Origin: Giardia intestinalis
Lineage: Eukaryota
Length of the DNA stretch: 64,000 nt
Reading direction: 5' to 3' (one strand)
Assembly (NCBI GenBank): GCA_000002435.2
Contig: CM018789.1
The position numbers and the translations under genes are program-made. The notes below the pieces were generated by a model. It worked only from the letters and a program-made list of their open reading frames with translations, did no database searches and was not told the origin of the DNA. Below, in pieces: positions 19,953 to 28,512 of this stretch; positions within the stretch are counted from its first letter, which is position 1; each line of letters begins with the position of its first letter.

Positions 19953-20845
19953 TGATATGCACAAAGGCTAGTGATGGAGTATGCACTACTTGTAAGACAG
20001 ATAACGGCCTGTTCAAGAACCCGGCTGCACCTCAGAAGCCTGGTAATGAGTGCATCCTCTGTCATGATGCCACGGGAGCAGATGGATATATGGGAGTCGA
20101 GGGCTGCGCTACATGCACCAAGTCAGACAGTAATAAGGGGGCAGCCACGTGTACTGCCTGTCAAGCAGGGTACTACAAGGACTCTCAGGCATGTAGCAAG
20201 TGTGATGGTACTTGTCTGACCTGCGATGGAAGTGGTCAGAATCAGTGTACATCGTGCCCAGAGGGGAAGTACTTGAAGGGTGATAAGACTTGCGTAACTA
20301 GTGATCAATGCACGAGCACCGTTTATCCAGACCCAGAGTCTGGAACGTGCAAGGAATGCAGTACGATAGATCAAGCATGTACTACCTGTAAGTACAATGC
20401 GACTGTCAGTAAGCCCCAGTGCACTGCCTGTAATAACAATAAGAAGGTGAAGACGGCCATCGATGGCATCACAACATGCGTCGATATAAGCTCTGGCTGC
20501 GAGGATGCTGATCACTTCAAGGCAGATGGTGATGCTGCGTGTGTCTTGTGCAGCGATACCAGCGGATCAGACCCAAAGAACAAAGGCATTGCTGGCTGTA
20601 AGGCTTGCACGAAGACAGCAAGTGCCAATCCAACCTGCTCGGAGTGCCTGGAGGGATACAAAAGTACCGGAGTTGGTTCAGTAACATGCACCCCCTGTCA
20701 CGCCAACTGTGCCACATGCTCAGCTGAAACTGCCGAGGATAAGTGTCTGACCTGCAAGACTGGGTTCTTCCTCGTTGAAGTTACACAACCGGCAGGAAAG
20801 TGTGTCTCATGTAGTGACACAAACAATGGGGGCATCGATGGATGT
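19952..20845 (+). pseudogene. Truncated VSP gene fragment (a paralogue of the VSP-1/2 mid-region) lacking a signal peptide, transmembrane segment and CRGKA tail
   Basis: The ORF 19952..21046 starts at GTG with no ATG or signal peptide. Residues about 1-297 align with VSP-1 residues about 115-410. For example CTKASDGVCTTCKTDNGLFKNPAAPQKPGNECILCHDATG matches CTAASNGVCTTCNTKNGLFKNPAATVTPGNECILCSDATD, and ...KKVKTAIDGITTCV... matches ...KKVKTAIDGATTCV.... Homology ends at ...GIDGCV (about 20845). The remaining 67 codons are unrelated and end without TM or CRGKA. Confidence 0.75.
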
Positions 20846-21247
20846 GTGGATACCTTACAGCATCACACCCGTCCAACTCAGCCATGCACAGGAGTCCCAT
20901 TCTTCCCCCAGGATCTGGTCCAGTGCTCAGCTGGTTCGGATGCCCTACCGCACCTTGTTGGAGACTGCATTGAAGCTACTGATCCGGCGGTGCTCTGGAC
21001 TCACTACCTACCATCAGATTGTCTTTGTTTTCGCATATTTACATAGTTGATGGCCATGGTCTTTCTCCGTTGTCCATTGAGGAATGAGACAATCAAATGA
21101 TACTTGATATGAACCTTAAAGTGTTTCATGTGAATTTCTGAATGGTTGTCTTGTTCTGCTATTAGCGAGTATATCATCTAATGCCCTTCAAAGAGCTCTT
21201 CGCATACAACAGCTGATAGGAAGTGTATACCAAAATACAAAGTTTAC

Positions 21248-22597
21248 ATGTCTGAACGCTACACCTCTTTGGCTCCAGCATATGCTGTGTATTACGAGAA
21301 CTATTACCCATATGAAGAAATTGTTGAGTGGCTCACGTACCATGGAAGCGTCCTCACTCAAAGGCGTGAATGGTCTTATGAAATAATCACAGCCACCGAT
21401 GAGACCTTTGTCACCAGATTTCGCGAGATCTCAGATGCAGAACAGCTCAGATCTATACTTCGCTTTTCCTCGAAGACATTAGAGGACTTTAAGCTCAAGC
21501 TTGACATCGGACCCGTTTATACGAGTGATATGAGTCAACGCAAAACGCAACCGGAGTTTGCACCATGTGAGCGAGAGCTTGTGTTCGATATTGACGCAGG
21601 TGACTATGATAGAATTCGTACCTGTTGTGCCGGACCAGCCATGTGTGACAAGTGCTGGCGCTTCATGGAACTGGCAGTCCCTCTCCTTATCCTCTTTTGT
21701 CGTGTTCACGGTTTCAACGACTACTTCTTTGTCTTTTCTGGACGGCGGGGATTGCATTGCTGGATATGCGATGCTCGTGCACGGAAGCTTTCTAAGGACT
21801 CTCGCAAAAGCATGGTCGACGCATTCAATATCATTAGCATAGATACAGGAAGTGTTCTTCGGGAGTCATACGATCACTCCAATTGGCTTTGTCGCTTAAT
21901 TCACGATCACATTTGTATACGTTTCTTTTCCCAAATGCTTGAAGAACAGAATTGGCTTGGTGGAGGTGTTGAAGAGCACTTAGCTAAGTACTCTAAGGAA
22001 AGCCTTCTGACAGAGCTACGACGGGCTGATTCTGCGCTGTTTTCGTCAGCGCCGATCTTTTTCTTTCTTCATATTACCTTATGCATTTACTCTTGCTTAG
22101 TTGCAGGAGGGTATCCTGTTACAACTGGTTCTGCCAAAAATTCAGACGGGCGATTTGCATCTCTTCTTACTACATTCATCGGAAAACTGACTATGATAAC
22201 ATCATCTGCCGCTCGCTGGACTGAGCTTGAGCTACTAATTAAGGATTATGATCCAATTCTTGCTGCCATCAGGGTGTACTACACATATCCCCGATTTGAT
22301 GTAGAGGTCACTCGCGGGATGAACCATCTTCTAAAGATTCCATTCTCGGTTCACTCCAAGTCTCGTAAAATATCAGTCCCCTTTCCACCCGCACCAATCC
22401 TCAAAACCTATTCCATTGATACAGGAGTTCTTCAACTGGGACCCTTAGACACCGATGACTCCTTGCCAAGGTTTCTGCCATCTGATGCACCCACTGTGGA
22501 CGATCTTTTGAGCGGACACACAGAGCACTACTTCAAGTACCGCACATATTTCTCCCGAATTGTTCATCAGGTGACAGCGCCATATGATGGAACTTAA
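21248..22597 (+). CDS. PRI1: DNA primase small (catalytic) subunit
   Basis: ATG at 21248. The blocks ...CERELVFDIDAGDYDRIRTCCAGPAMCDKCW... and ...FVFSGRRGLHCWICD... match eukaryotic PriS motifs (human ...[20 protein letters not shown]...CPKCW... and ...WVYSGRRGVHCWVCD). Confidence 0.9.
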   Translation: MSERYTSLAPAYAVYYENYYPYEEIVEWLTYHGSVLTQRREWSYEIITATDETFVTRFREISDAEQLRSILRFSSKTLEDFKLKLDIGPVYTSDMSQRKTQPEFAPCERELVFDIDAGDYDRIRTCCAGPAMCDKCWRFMELAVPLLILFCRVHGFNDYFFVFSGRRGLHCWICDARARKLSKDSRKSMVDAFNIISIDTGSVLRESYDHSNWLCRLIHDHICIRFFSQMLEEQNWLGGGVEEHLAKYSKESLLTELRRADSALFSSAPIFFFLHITLCIYSCLVAGGYPVTTGSAKNSDGRFASLLTTFIGKLTMITSSAARWTELELLIKDYDPILAAIRVYYTYPRFDVEVTRGMNHLLKIPFSVHSKSRKISVPFPPAPILKTYSIDTGVLQLGPLDTDDSLPRFLPSDAPTVDDLLSGHTEHYFKYRTYFSRIVHQVTAPYDGT

Positions 22598-22911
22598 AGG
22601 AAGACACACTGGTATATTCCAGCTCTTTTGATTCACAGGAAATCTATTTTCATAAGGTAGCTAACAATAACATTGCCAGTCGAGCACTCTGTTAAATATG
22701 TAACTAATATCAAGTAATAACTTCTACAAACCGCCATGAAAAAAGAGTTGTAAATAGAACGTCTCAAAACAATTATACTAGACTCCTGCAGCACTACAAA
22801 ACATACTCATACAACTAATCGTACGGCTCAAGGTTGACAACGAAGTATTCGCAGTAGTGTGCAAATATGATAGCATATAGTTTATTTGGCCGATGAACCC
22901 TGAGTGAGCGC

Positions 22912-24660
22912 TTACTTCTTCTTTCCGTTCTTAGCTTTGCCTTGAGCTGGTGCAGTGCCTTGCTTTTTCGAGCTCTGTTTTGGAAACAGGGGCGGCAATT
23001 TCTCACCCAGCGTCAATCCTGGCGCAATGTAGCCAATGGTCAAGACTTCCCTTTTAATAACTCGGTCTTCACTCGAAACTCCAAGTTGGTCTAAGATGAG
23101 CGGGGCCTTCTGTGGTATAAACGGAAGCAAGAGGGTTGCACAGACACGTAAAAGTTCATTAGCGCAGTACATGACGAATTCATGGCCATTCTTGGTTTCC
23201 GCCTTCTTGATCAGGACCCACGGCATCGTCAGTTGAATATAATTATTAATCCCAACTAAAATCTCAAATATCTTGGAAAGAGCTCCTGGAATGTCGATAT
23301 TGTCCATAAGGTTGGTCACTTCCTCACAAATCGCAAGTCCTTTATCCAGAAGATCAGAGATATCGTTGATTTTTATTATAGAAGAAATATTTTCACGCTC
23401 ACCCGCGTCAGCTGGCAATAGTTCTGCTATAGAGCTCCTTCTACTTTTCATCCAAAGAGACCGGATCTGTGCAAAGCTTACGCCTTCAAATAGCTTCGAC
23501 GGATCTGTCCAGGCTCTGTCCGGTAGTAACGAATCTGCGGTGCAACGCATGGTCAGGTTGCCTAGAACATTCGCTAAGTCTGATTCTGTACGCATCGAGA
23601 TAAGTTCCTCCGTAATACCGGGGTCATTTGCTGGAGAACCTTCACGCAACATGAAGTATTTAACGCCGTCCAAGCCATATGCCTCCACCAGGGACATTGG
23701 ATCGAGGGCATTACCGAGACTTTTCCCGATTTTCTGGTGATTTATTGTCCACCACCCATGGATGAAAAAGCGTCGAGGACACGGTATGCTTGCGCCCATT
23801 AGAAACGCAAGCCAATAGACACAGTGGAATCTGGCAATATCTTTCCCCAAAAACTGGACATCGGCAGGCCACAACCTACTGCTAAATGTTCCATCTGGAT
23901 TGATTGTAGAATCAGCAGCGGTTAGGTATATAGCTAGTGCGTCAATCCAGACGTACATAACGTGGTCACTGTCCCCTGGCACAGGGATCCCCCATGAGAT
24001 CTTGTCTTTGGAACGGGAAATGGAGATATCGTGAAGCCCCGAGTGAATGAAGGAGACTATTTCGGCCTGTCGAAAGGCGGGTATGATGATCTCAGGATTG
24101 TCCTGGTAAAATTTGAGCAAGGGCTCCTGAAATGACGAGAGTCTGAACTTATAGTTTTCCTCGCTCAAAAACACACAAGGTTGGCCAGACTCTGCAGACA
24201 CTTTGCATGGCTTCCCTTGAGCATCAACACCATCCTTGAGATTTGTCTCTGTTACAAAAGCTTCGTCGGCAACACAATACCAACCTTCATACTTATCTTT
24301 ATAGATCAGTCCAGCAGTACGCAGCTTCTCCCAAAGTTTGGTAGCCATCTCAACATGCTTAGGCATCGTCGTGCGCATAAAGACATCCGGGCACAGACCA
24401 AAGTTCTCCAGAAAGTACGTTTCAAATGTCTTAGCCATGTTATCACACCATTGCTGCGGTTGCAGTCCCATTTTCTCGGCAGACTGCTGGACTTTCTGGC
24501 CGTGCTCATCGGTTCCAGTCATGAGGTAAGTCTCAAAACCTTGGAGTTTTCTAAAGCGCTTCAAAGTGTCTGCAAGCAGCGTTGTGAAGACATGACCGAT
24601 GTGAGGCTTTCCATTAACATAGTAAATAGGCGTGGTAAGATATACCTTTCTTGCCTCCAT
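22912..24660 (-). CDS. MetRS: Methionyl-tRNA synthetase, bacterial-like type 1, with a Lys-rich C-terminal tail
   Basis: ATG at 24660-24658. The N-terminus [26 protein letters not shown]...[11 protein letters not shown] is closely similar to the T. thermophilus type MetRS ([26 protein letters not shown]...[10 protein letters not shown]). The KMSKS-equivalent is KIGKSLGN. The C-terminus ...[18 protein letters not shown] is Lys-rich. Stop at 22912-22914. Confidence 0.88.
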   Translation of the reverse strand: [582 protein letters not shown]

Positions 24661-24684
24661 TTTATTTAAATCATTAAATTCACC
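24661..24684. promoter_or_regulatory. 24-bp AT-rich bidirectional promoter between the MetRS (-) and Ser-rich protein (+) start codons
   Basis: The sequence between the two ATGs is tttatttaaatcattaaattcacc. Confidence 0.6.
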
Positions 24685-25458
24685 ATGTCACCTTATCAGC
24701 AAACAGACTCTCTGCAAGACGTGATTAGGCGCTATATAGCCGACATGCAAGCACGGGGGCATCCTCCAAAAGATATTCTGAGTCAGGTCCTCCATCTTAC
24801 TTTGGATGTTATCTTTCCAAGTGGGCCATGCTCTACAAGCTCATCAACTGTAGCAGCCCCACAGGCACCTCCACCCACTGCAGAAGAGGCAAAAAAGGCT
24901 TCAGGTCAAGAGGAAGGAACCTCGTCTTCTTTTTATTCTTCCTTTTCTTCTTCTTCGTCTCATCAGCCTACTCCTAGGCCACAGTCTCCCTCGTCTTCCT
25001 CCTCTTCTTCGTCTTCTTCATCCTCCTCATCTTCATCTTCATCTTCATCTTCATCCTCATCTTCCTCGTCCTCGTCCTCATCATCTTCTTCCTCTTCCTC
25101 TTCTTCGTCGAGTTCTCGCTCTAGCTCTCACTCCAGCTCTAGCCACTCTACTACTGATTCTGAAGAGTCTTCTGGGTCTCTAAGTGTGCCATCTCCGGAA
25201 ACATCATCGTCTTCGTCCTCATCGAAGTCCTCACCCAATGAGGTTATAGAGCCATCCATAAAAAGGCAAGAGAGACCGTACTCACACAGTGAGAAGACTA
25301 GTTCGACAGAGCCTCGTCGCGTAACAGAGATGTATCGTGACATGCACAATTCCACTGGTAATAGTTATCGCCAAGCAAAGGCCAAAAGAAAGAGCGGATC
25401 TTTTTCAGGGGGTTCAGTGATAGATCCCAGTGTGCGCTATAGCAAGAGCTTAAGTTGA
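24685..25458 (+). CDS. Hypothetical protein with a poly-serine tract of about 45 residues
   Basis: ATG at 24685, ORF of 257 aa. It is low-complexity and Ser-rich, with no recognisable domain. Confidence 0.55.
   Translation: MSPYQQTDSLQDVIRRYIADMQARGHPPKDILSQVLHLTLDVIFPSGPCSTSSSTVAAPQAPPPTAEEAKKASGQEEGTSSSFYSSFSSSSSHQPTPRPQSPSSSSSSSSSSSSSSSSSSSSSSSSSSSSSSSSSSSSSSSSSSRSSSHSSSSHSTTDSEESSGSLSVPSPETSSSSSSSKSSPNEVIEPSIKRQERPYSHSEKTSSTEPRRVTEMYRDMHNSTGNSYRQAKAKRKSGSFSGGSVIDPSVRYSKSLS
24991..25128 (+). repeat. (TCN)n trinucleotide microsatellite encoding poly-Ser
   Basis: tcgtcttcctcctcttcttcgtcttcttcatcctcctcatcttcatcttcatcttcatcttcatcctcatcttcctcgtcctcgtcctcatcatcttcttcctcttcctcttcttcgtcg, in frame with the CDS. 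Confidence 0.85.
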
Positions 25459-25467
25459 TACAAGCAG

Positions 25468-26475
25468 CTATGTAAATTTACCTTTGTTGTGCAAGACTTC
25501 AGCTTTGGTCTCTTCCTGGATCAATGCGCGCACGGTACCCCTTATCTCATCAACTTGCTTGAGCGTCACTGTTAGATCTTTGAGTGCTAACTTAAGAGAT
25601 CTGACCTCTCGTTCCTTCTTATCTAGCATGTCTTCTGCGATACGACAGTTTTCTCTAACCTTCAAAAGCATGTCCTCTTGCCTTCTGTAGGCCTGCTCCT
25701 TATCTTCCAACTGAGCCATCAAAAGCTTCATACTTGGTGCCATTAACCCCTGCTCTGTTACTTTCTGTGTTAAGCTCTCCAATCGTACAATTCTGTCTTG
25801 CAGAATTCTTCGCTCATCTTTCAAACTGCTGTTCTCCCGTTTGGTAGTATCCAACTCCCTGGCCAGTGAGGCAATTCTTCCGAGCAATAGATCGTTATCC
25901 TCACGTCGCAACGGGACGCCAGGTTCCGCATACTGCATGTTGCCGGTGTATACCTGGAGAAGAGTATCGACCACAGCGTCGTAGCCTGGATCTGTTGCAC
26001 CGTCATGGCCCCTAGTTAAGGCCATTATAGAAGACGCCCCTGTCATTGCCTTTCTGATCTTTAAAACCTCCTCTTCATGAAGAGACTTTTGGCGTGCTTG
26101 CTTTGTCTCTAGCTCGATGATACGCTCGCGGCTCTGCGCATTCATCCGTTGCATGTTTAAATACTCTTCCCGAGCTGCGTCAAGCCTCTTGACCAGCTCT
26201 CCTTTCTCGCTGCGTATATCCATTAGCTCTGACCGCATATCGTGAACTAGAGCAGAGAGCTGTTCAACACGTAGCTGAGATGCAGCAAGAGCGCTCTGGG
26301 CATGCAACTCTCGTGCAGACATCTCCTTCAACTCCTGCTCACGATTGAGCTGCATCTGCTGCACAAGAGTTCGCTCGTGGGCTAGCTCAGCCCGTAGGCG
26401 CGCTAAATCTTGAGCTAGGGACGCTTCTTTCGCTTGTTGAAGACCGTGGACTATCTCCCATTCTTGAGGGTTCAT
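25468..26475 (-). CDS. Hypothetical coiled-coil protein (335 aa)
   Basis: ATG at 26475-26473. The protein shows E/K/L/Q/R-rich heptad periodicity throughout, and the antisense frame has only short ORFs. Its stop lies 9 bp from the stop of the Ser-rich gene, a convergent arrangement. Confidence 0.6.
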   Translation of the reverse strand: MNPQEWEIVHGLQQAKEASLAQDLARLRAELAHERTLVQQMQLNREQELKEMSARELHAQSALAASQLRVEQLSALVHDMRSELMDIRSEKGELVKRLDAAREEYLNMQRMNAQSRERIIELETKQARQKSLHEEEVLKIRKAMTGASSIMALTRGHDGATDPGYDAVVDTLLQVYTGNMQYAEPGVPLRREDNDLLLGRIASLARELDTTKRENSSLKDERRILQDRIVRLESLTQKVTEQGLMAPSMKLLMAQLEDKEQAYRRQEDMLLKVRENCRIAEDMLDKKEREVRSLKLALKDLTVTLKQVDEIRGTVRALIQEETKAEVLHNKGKFT

Positions 26476-26583
26476 TTTATTGACACGCTACAGTCCTAAC
26501 AGACATTATTGAACGGAAAGCCAATCCATTGGCCGGCAGATTGAGGTAGGGCAGGCTTTAATCACAAGTGAATCAAAAAAATC

Positions 26584-28485
26584 ATGATTATCTCTCCCAT
26601 TCCGCGAGGATTGACGGAGCAGTTAAAGGTAATACCACTGTCTGTAATATTCTTAGGTAGTAAGGAGTATGCGAATGGAGTTAATTTGAGGGCATCTCTG
26701 CTATTTGTGTACAGTGCAACGGCCTATCTCTTGGTTTCATCAAATTTGAATATAAATGCTCTTCCCTTTTTCCTTCGTGCCTTGGTTGTCTCCACACTTT
26801 CTCTTTTCCCTGCAGCGGTCGTCTGCACGCTCTGGGTTGTTCGCTATCACGTAGAACTGGACTTTCTGCATAGCATCTCTCAGATTGTCATTCTTTCTAC
26901 TGCTTTGTTGCTGCTGCCCCCATTCCCTGGCACCACCAATGTAGTCGACTCTATAATGGTGATTCAGTATATAATTTTTATTTATAGTGTATTGATACTA
27001 TTAGATAACATACTGCTTTCTAGATTGCTCGGAGCAATCGGCTGGAATCGCTCCTTACAAGCAAGCGCACCTTACTACTGGGCTGCCCTCTCTTCTGCGC
27101 GATGCTGTCTCCAGTCTGTTTACTTGTCCCTGTGCTCTCTATATTTTATTAAATTTCGAAATGCATCTACCAAGGGCCAAAACGTGCGGTTAAGACGCTT
27201 TTTAGCCCATAAGAAAGCGCAGACCTTGCCAGCGGAGCGTTTAACTATTCTATCAACCCGTATAGACATCGACAGACAGACGAGGTCGTTCGATTTATTA
27301 TATATCGTTCTGATACTGGTTATTTATGGCCATATATGGTATACTAGTGTCTGGAAGGGAAATGCCATAGCCAAGTACCTGCCACAGTACTATGGAGTAG
27401 GAGACCTTATCCCTTTATATTTCGACCGAACGTCATCATATAAGATTGCAGGTTGTGATAATTTAACACAGTATATGTTATACTTAGTCCTATTCTTTAT
27501 TATAGGCTGGCTCTACTACCATCTTTGTCAGACAAAATTGCACCGCTTGAAGCTACAACATGCCTCCAGAGACCTTACCCAGGCATTCTGTCGTAAGGGT
27601 TTCCATCTCCTCTACATAATAGTGCTTCTATCTCTATTCTCTGATCCAATCGCCTTCTTCGTTCTTTCTTCAATAGCCGTGGGTTGCTTCTGTATATTGG
27701 AGGCCGTGCGTGGTCAGGTGCAGACCCCCTTTCACACGTATACACAGTGCTTTGTTGTAGATAAGCGCAGAAACGTGGAGCTATCCCATATCTTTCTATT
27801 ACTTAATGGGAGTGTCTTTCCTGCTGTCTACTTTCTCCTTTGGCTAGCTGCTGGCCCTCCTGTGCATACACCGGATGCTCATGGCGATACACACCATTCA
27901 TCCAATATTTGGTCCAAAACTCTTTATTTTATTCGTGCTAGAGACACTAAGCTGCAAAGCTATGACTCGTTTTTGTCGGCTGGCGTTGTGACAACTATCT
28001 GCGCGGATGCGTGCGCTGTATACGCATCTATTATTTTCACCTACATTACTGGCTTTCCTCCCCGTCGCTATAAAGATATATTCTATATTAAATTTAAATC
28101 TAATCTGATTGTAGTATCCGATTCATCAGAAAAAAAAGATTCGACGACTAAACAGTTATCACCCAAGTGCCGCTATTTTTCATCTCACTACAGAAACAGC
28201 ATTCCGGTCACCTTAGTCTCAACCAAAACGACGTGTACCGGGCTGTCTCCATTCAGTAGAGGATGTCACAACGCCTGTTTAAATAAAAACAGAACATTTG
28301 TGGGCAGCATTGGATTCTGGATATCGTCCACCCTTATTTGCGCCCTACTGTATGGGTACTCTATTGGGCAGAGCTTACTTCTAAGCATGATTACTGCCCT
28401 TGCAGAGACTGTCTCGTCCATGGATAATTTAATTCTTCCATTCATATTTATATGTTTCCGTGGACTTGTGTATCATCTACTCTGA
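26584..28485 (+). CDS. Hypothetical polytopic membrane protein (633 aa, at least 10 hydrophobic segments)
   Basis: ATG at 26584. It has many hydrophobic stretches of 20-25 residues, and I could not recognise a family. Confidence 0.55.
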   Translation: MIISPIPRGLTEQLKVIPLSVIFLGSKEYANGVNLRASLLFVYSATAYLLVSSNLNINALPFFLRALVVSTLSLFPAAVVCTLWVVRYHVELDFLHSISQIVILSTALLLLPPFPGTTNVVDSIMVIQYIIFIYSVLILLDNILLSRLLGAIGWNRSLQASAPYYWAALSSARCCLQSVYLSLCSLYFIKFRNASTKGQNVRLRRFLAHKKAQTLPAERLTILSTRIDIDRQTRSFDLLYIVLILVIYGHIWYTSVWKGNAIAKYLPQYYGVGDLIPLYFDRTSSYKIAGCDNLTQYMLYLVLFFIIGWLYYHLCQTKLHRLKLQHASRDLTQAFCRKGFHLLYIIVLLSLFSDPIAFFVLSSIAVGCFCILEAVRGQVQTPFHTYTQCFVVDKRRNVELSHIFLLLNGSVFPAVYFLLWLAAGPPVHTPDAHGDTHHSSNIWSKTLYFIRARDTKLQSYDSFLSAGVVTTICADACAVYASIIFTYITGFPPRRYKDIFYIKFKSNLIVVSDSSEKKDSTTKQLSPKCRYFSSHYRNSIPVTLVSTKTTCTGLSPFSRGCHNACLNKNRTFVGSIGFWISSTLICALLYGYSIGQSLLLSMITALAETVSSMDNLILPFIFICFRGLVYHLL

Positions 28486-28512
28486 TTTATCAGATAGTCT
28501 ATGATATAAGAG

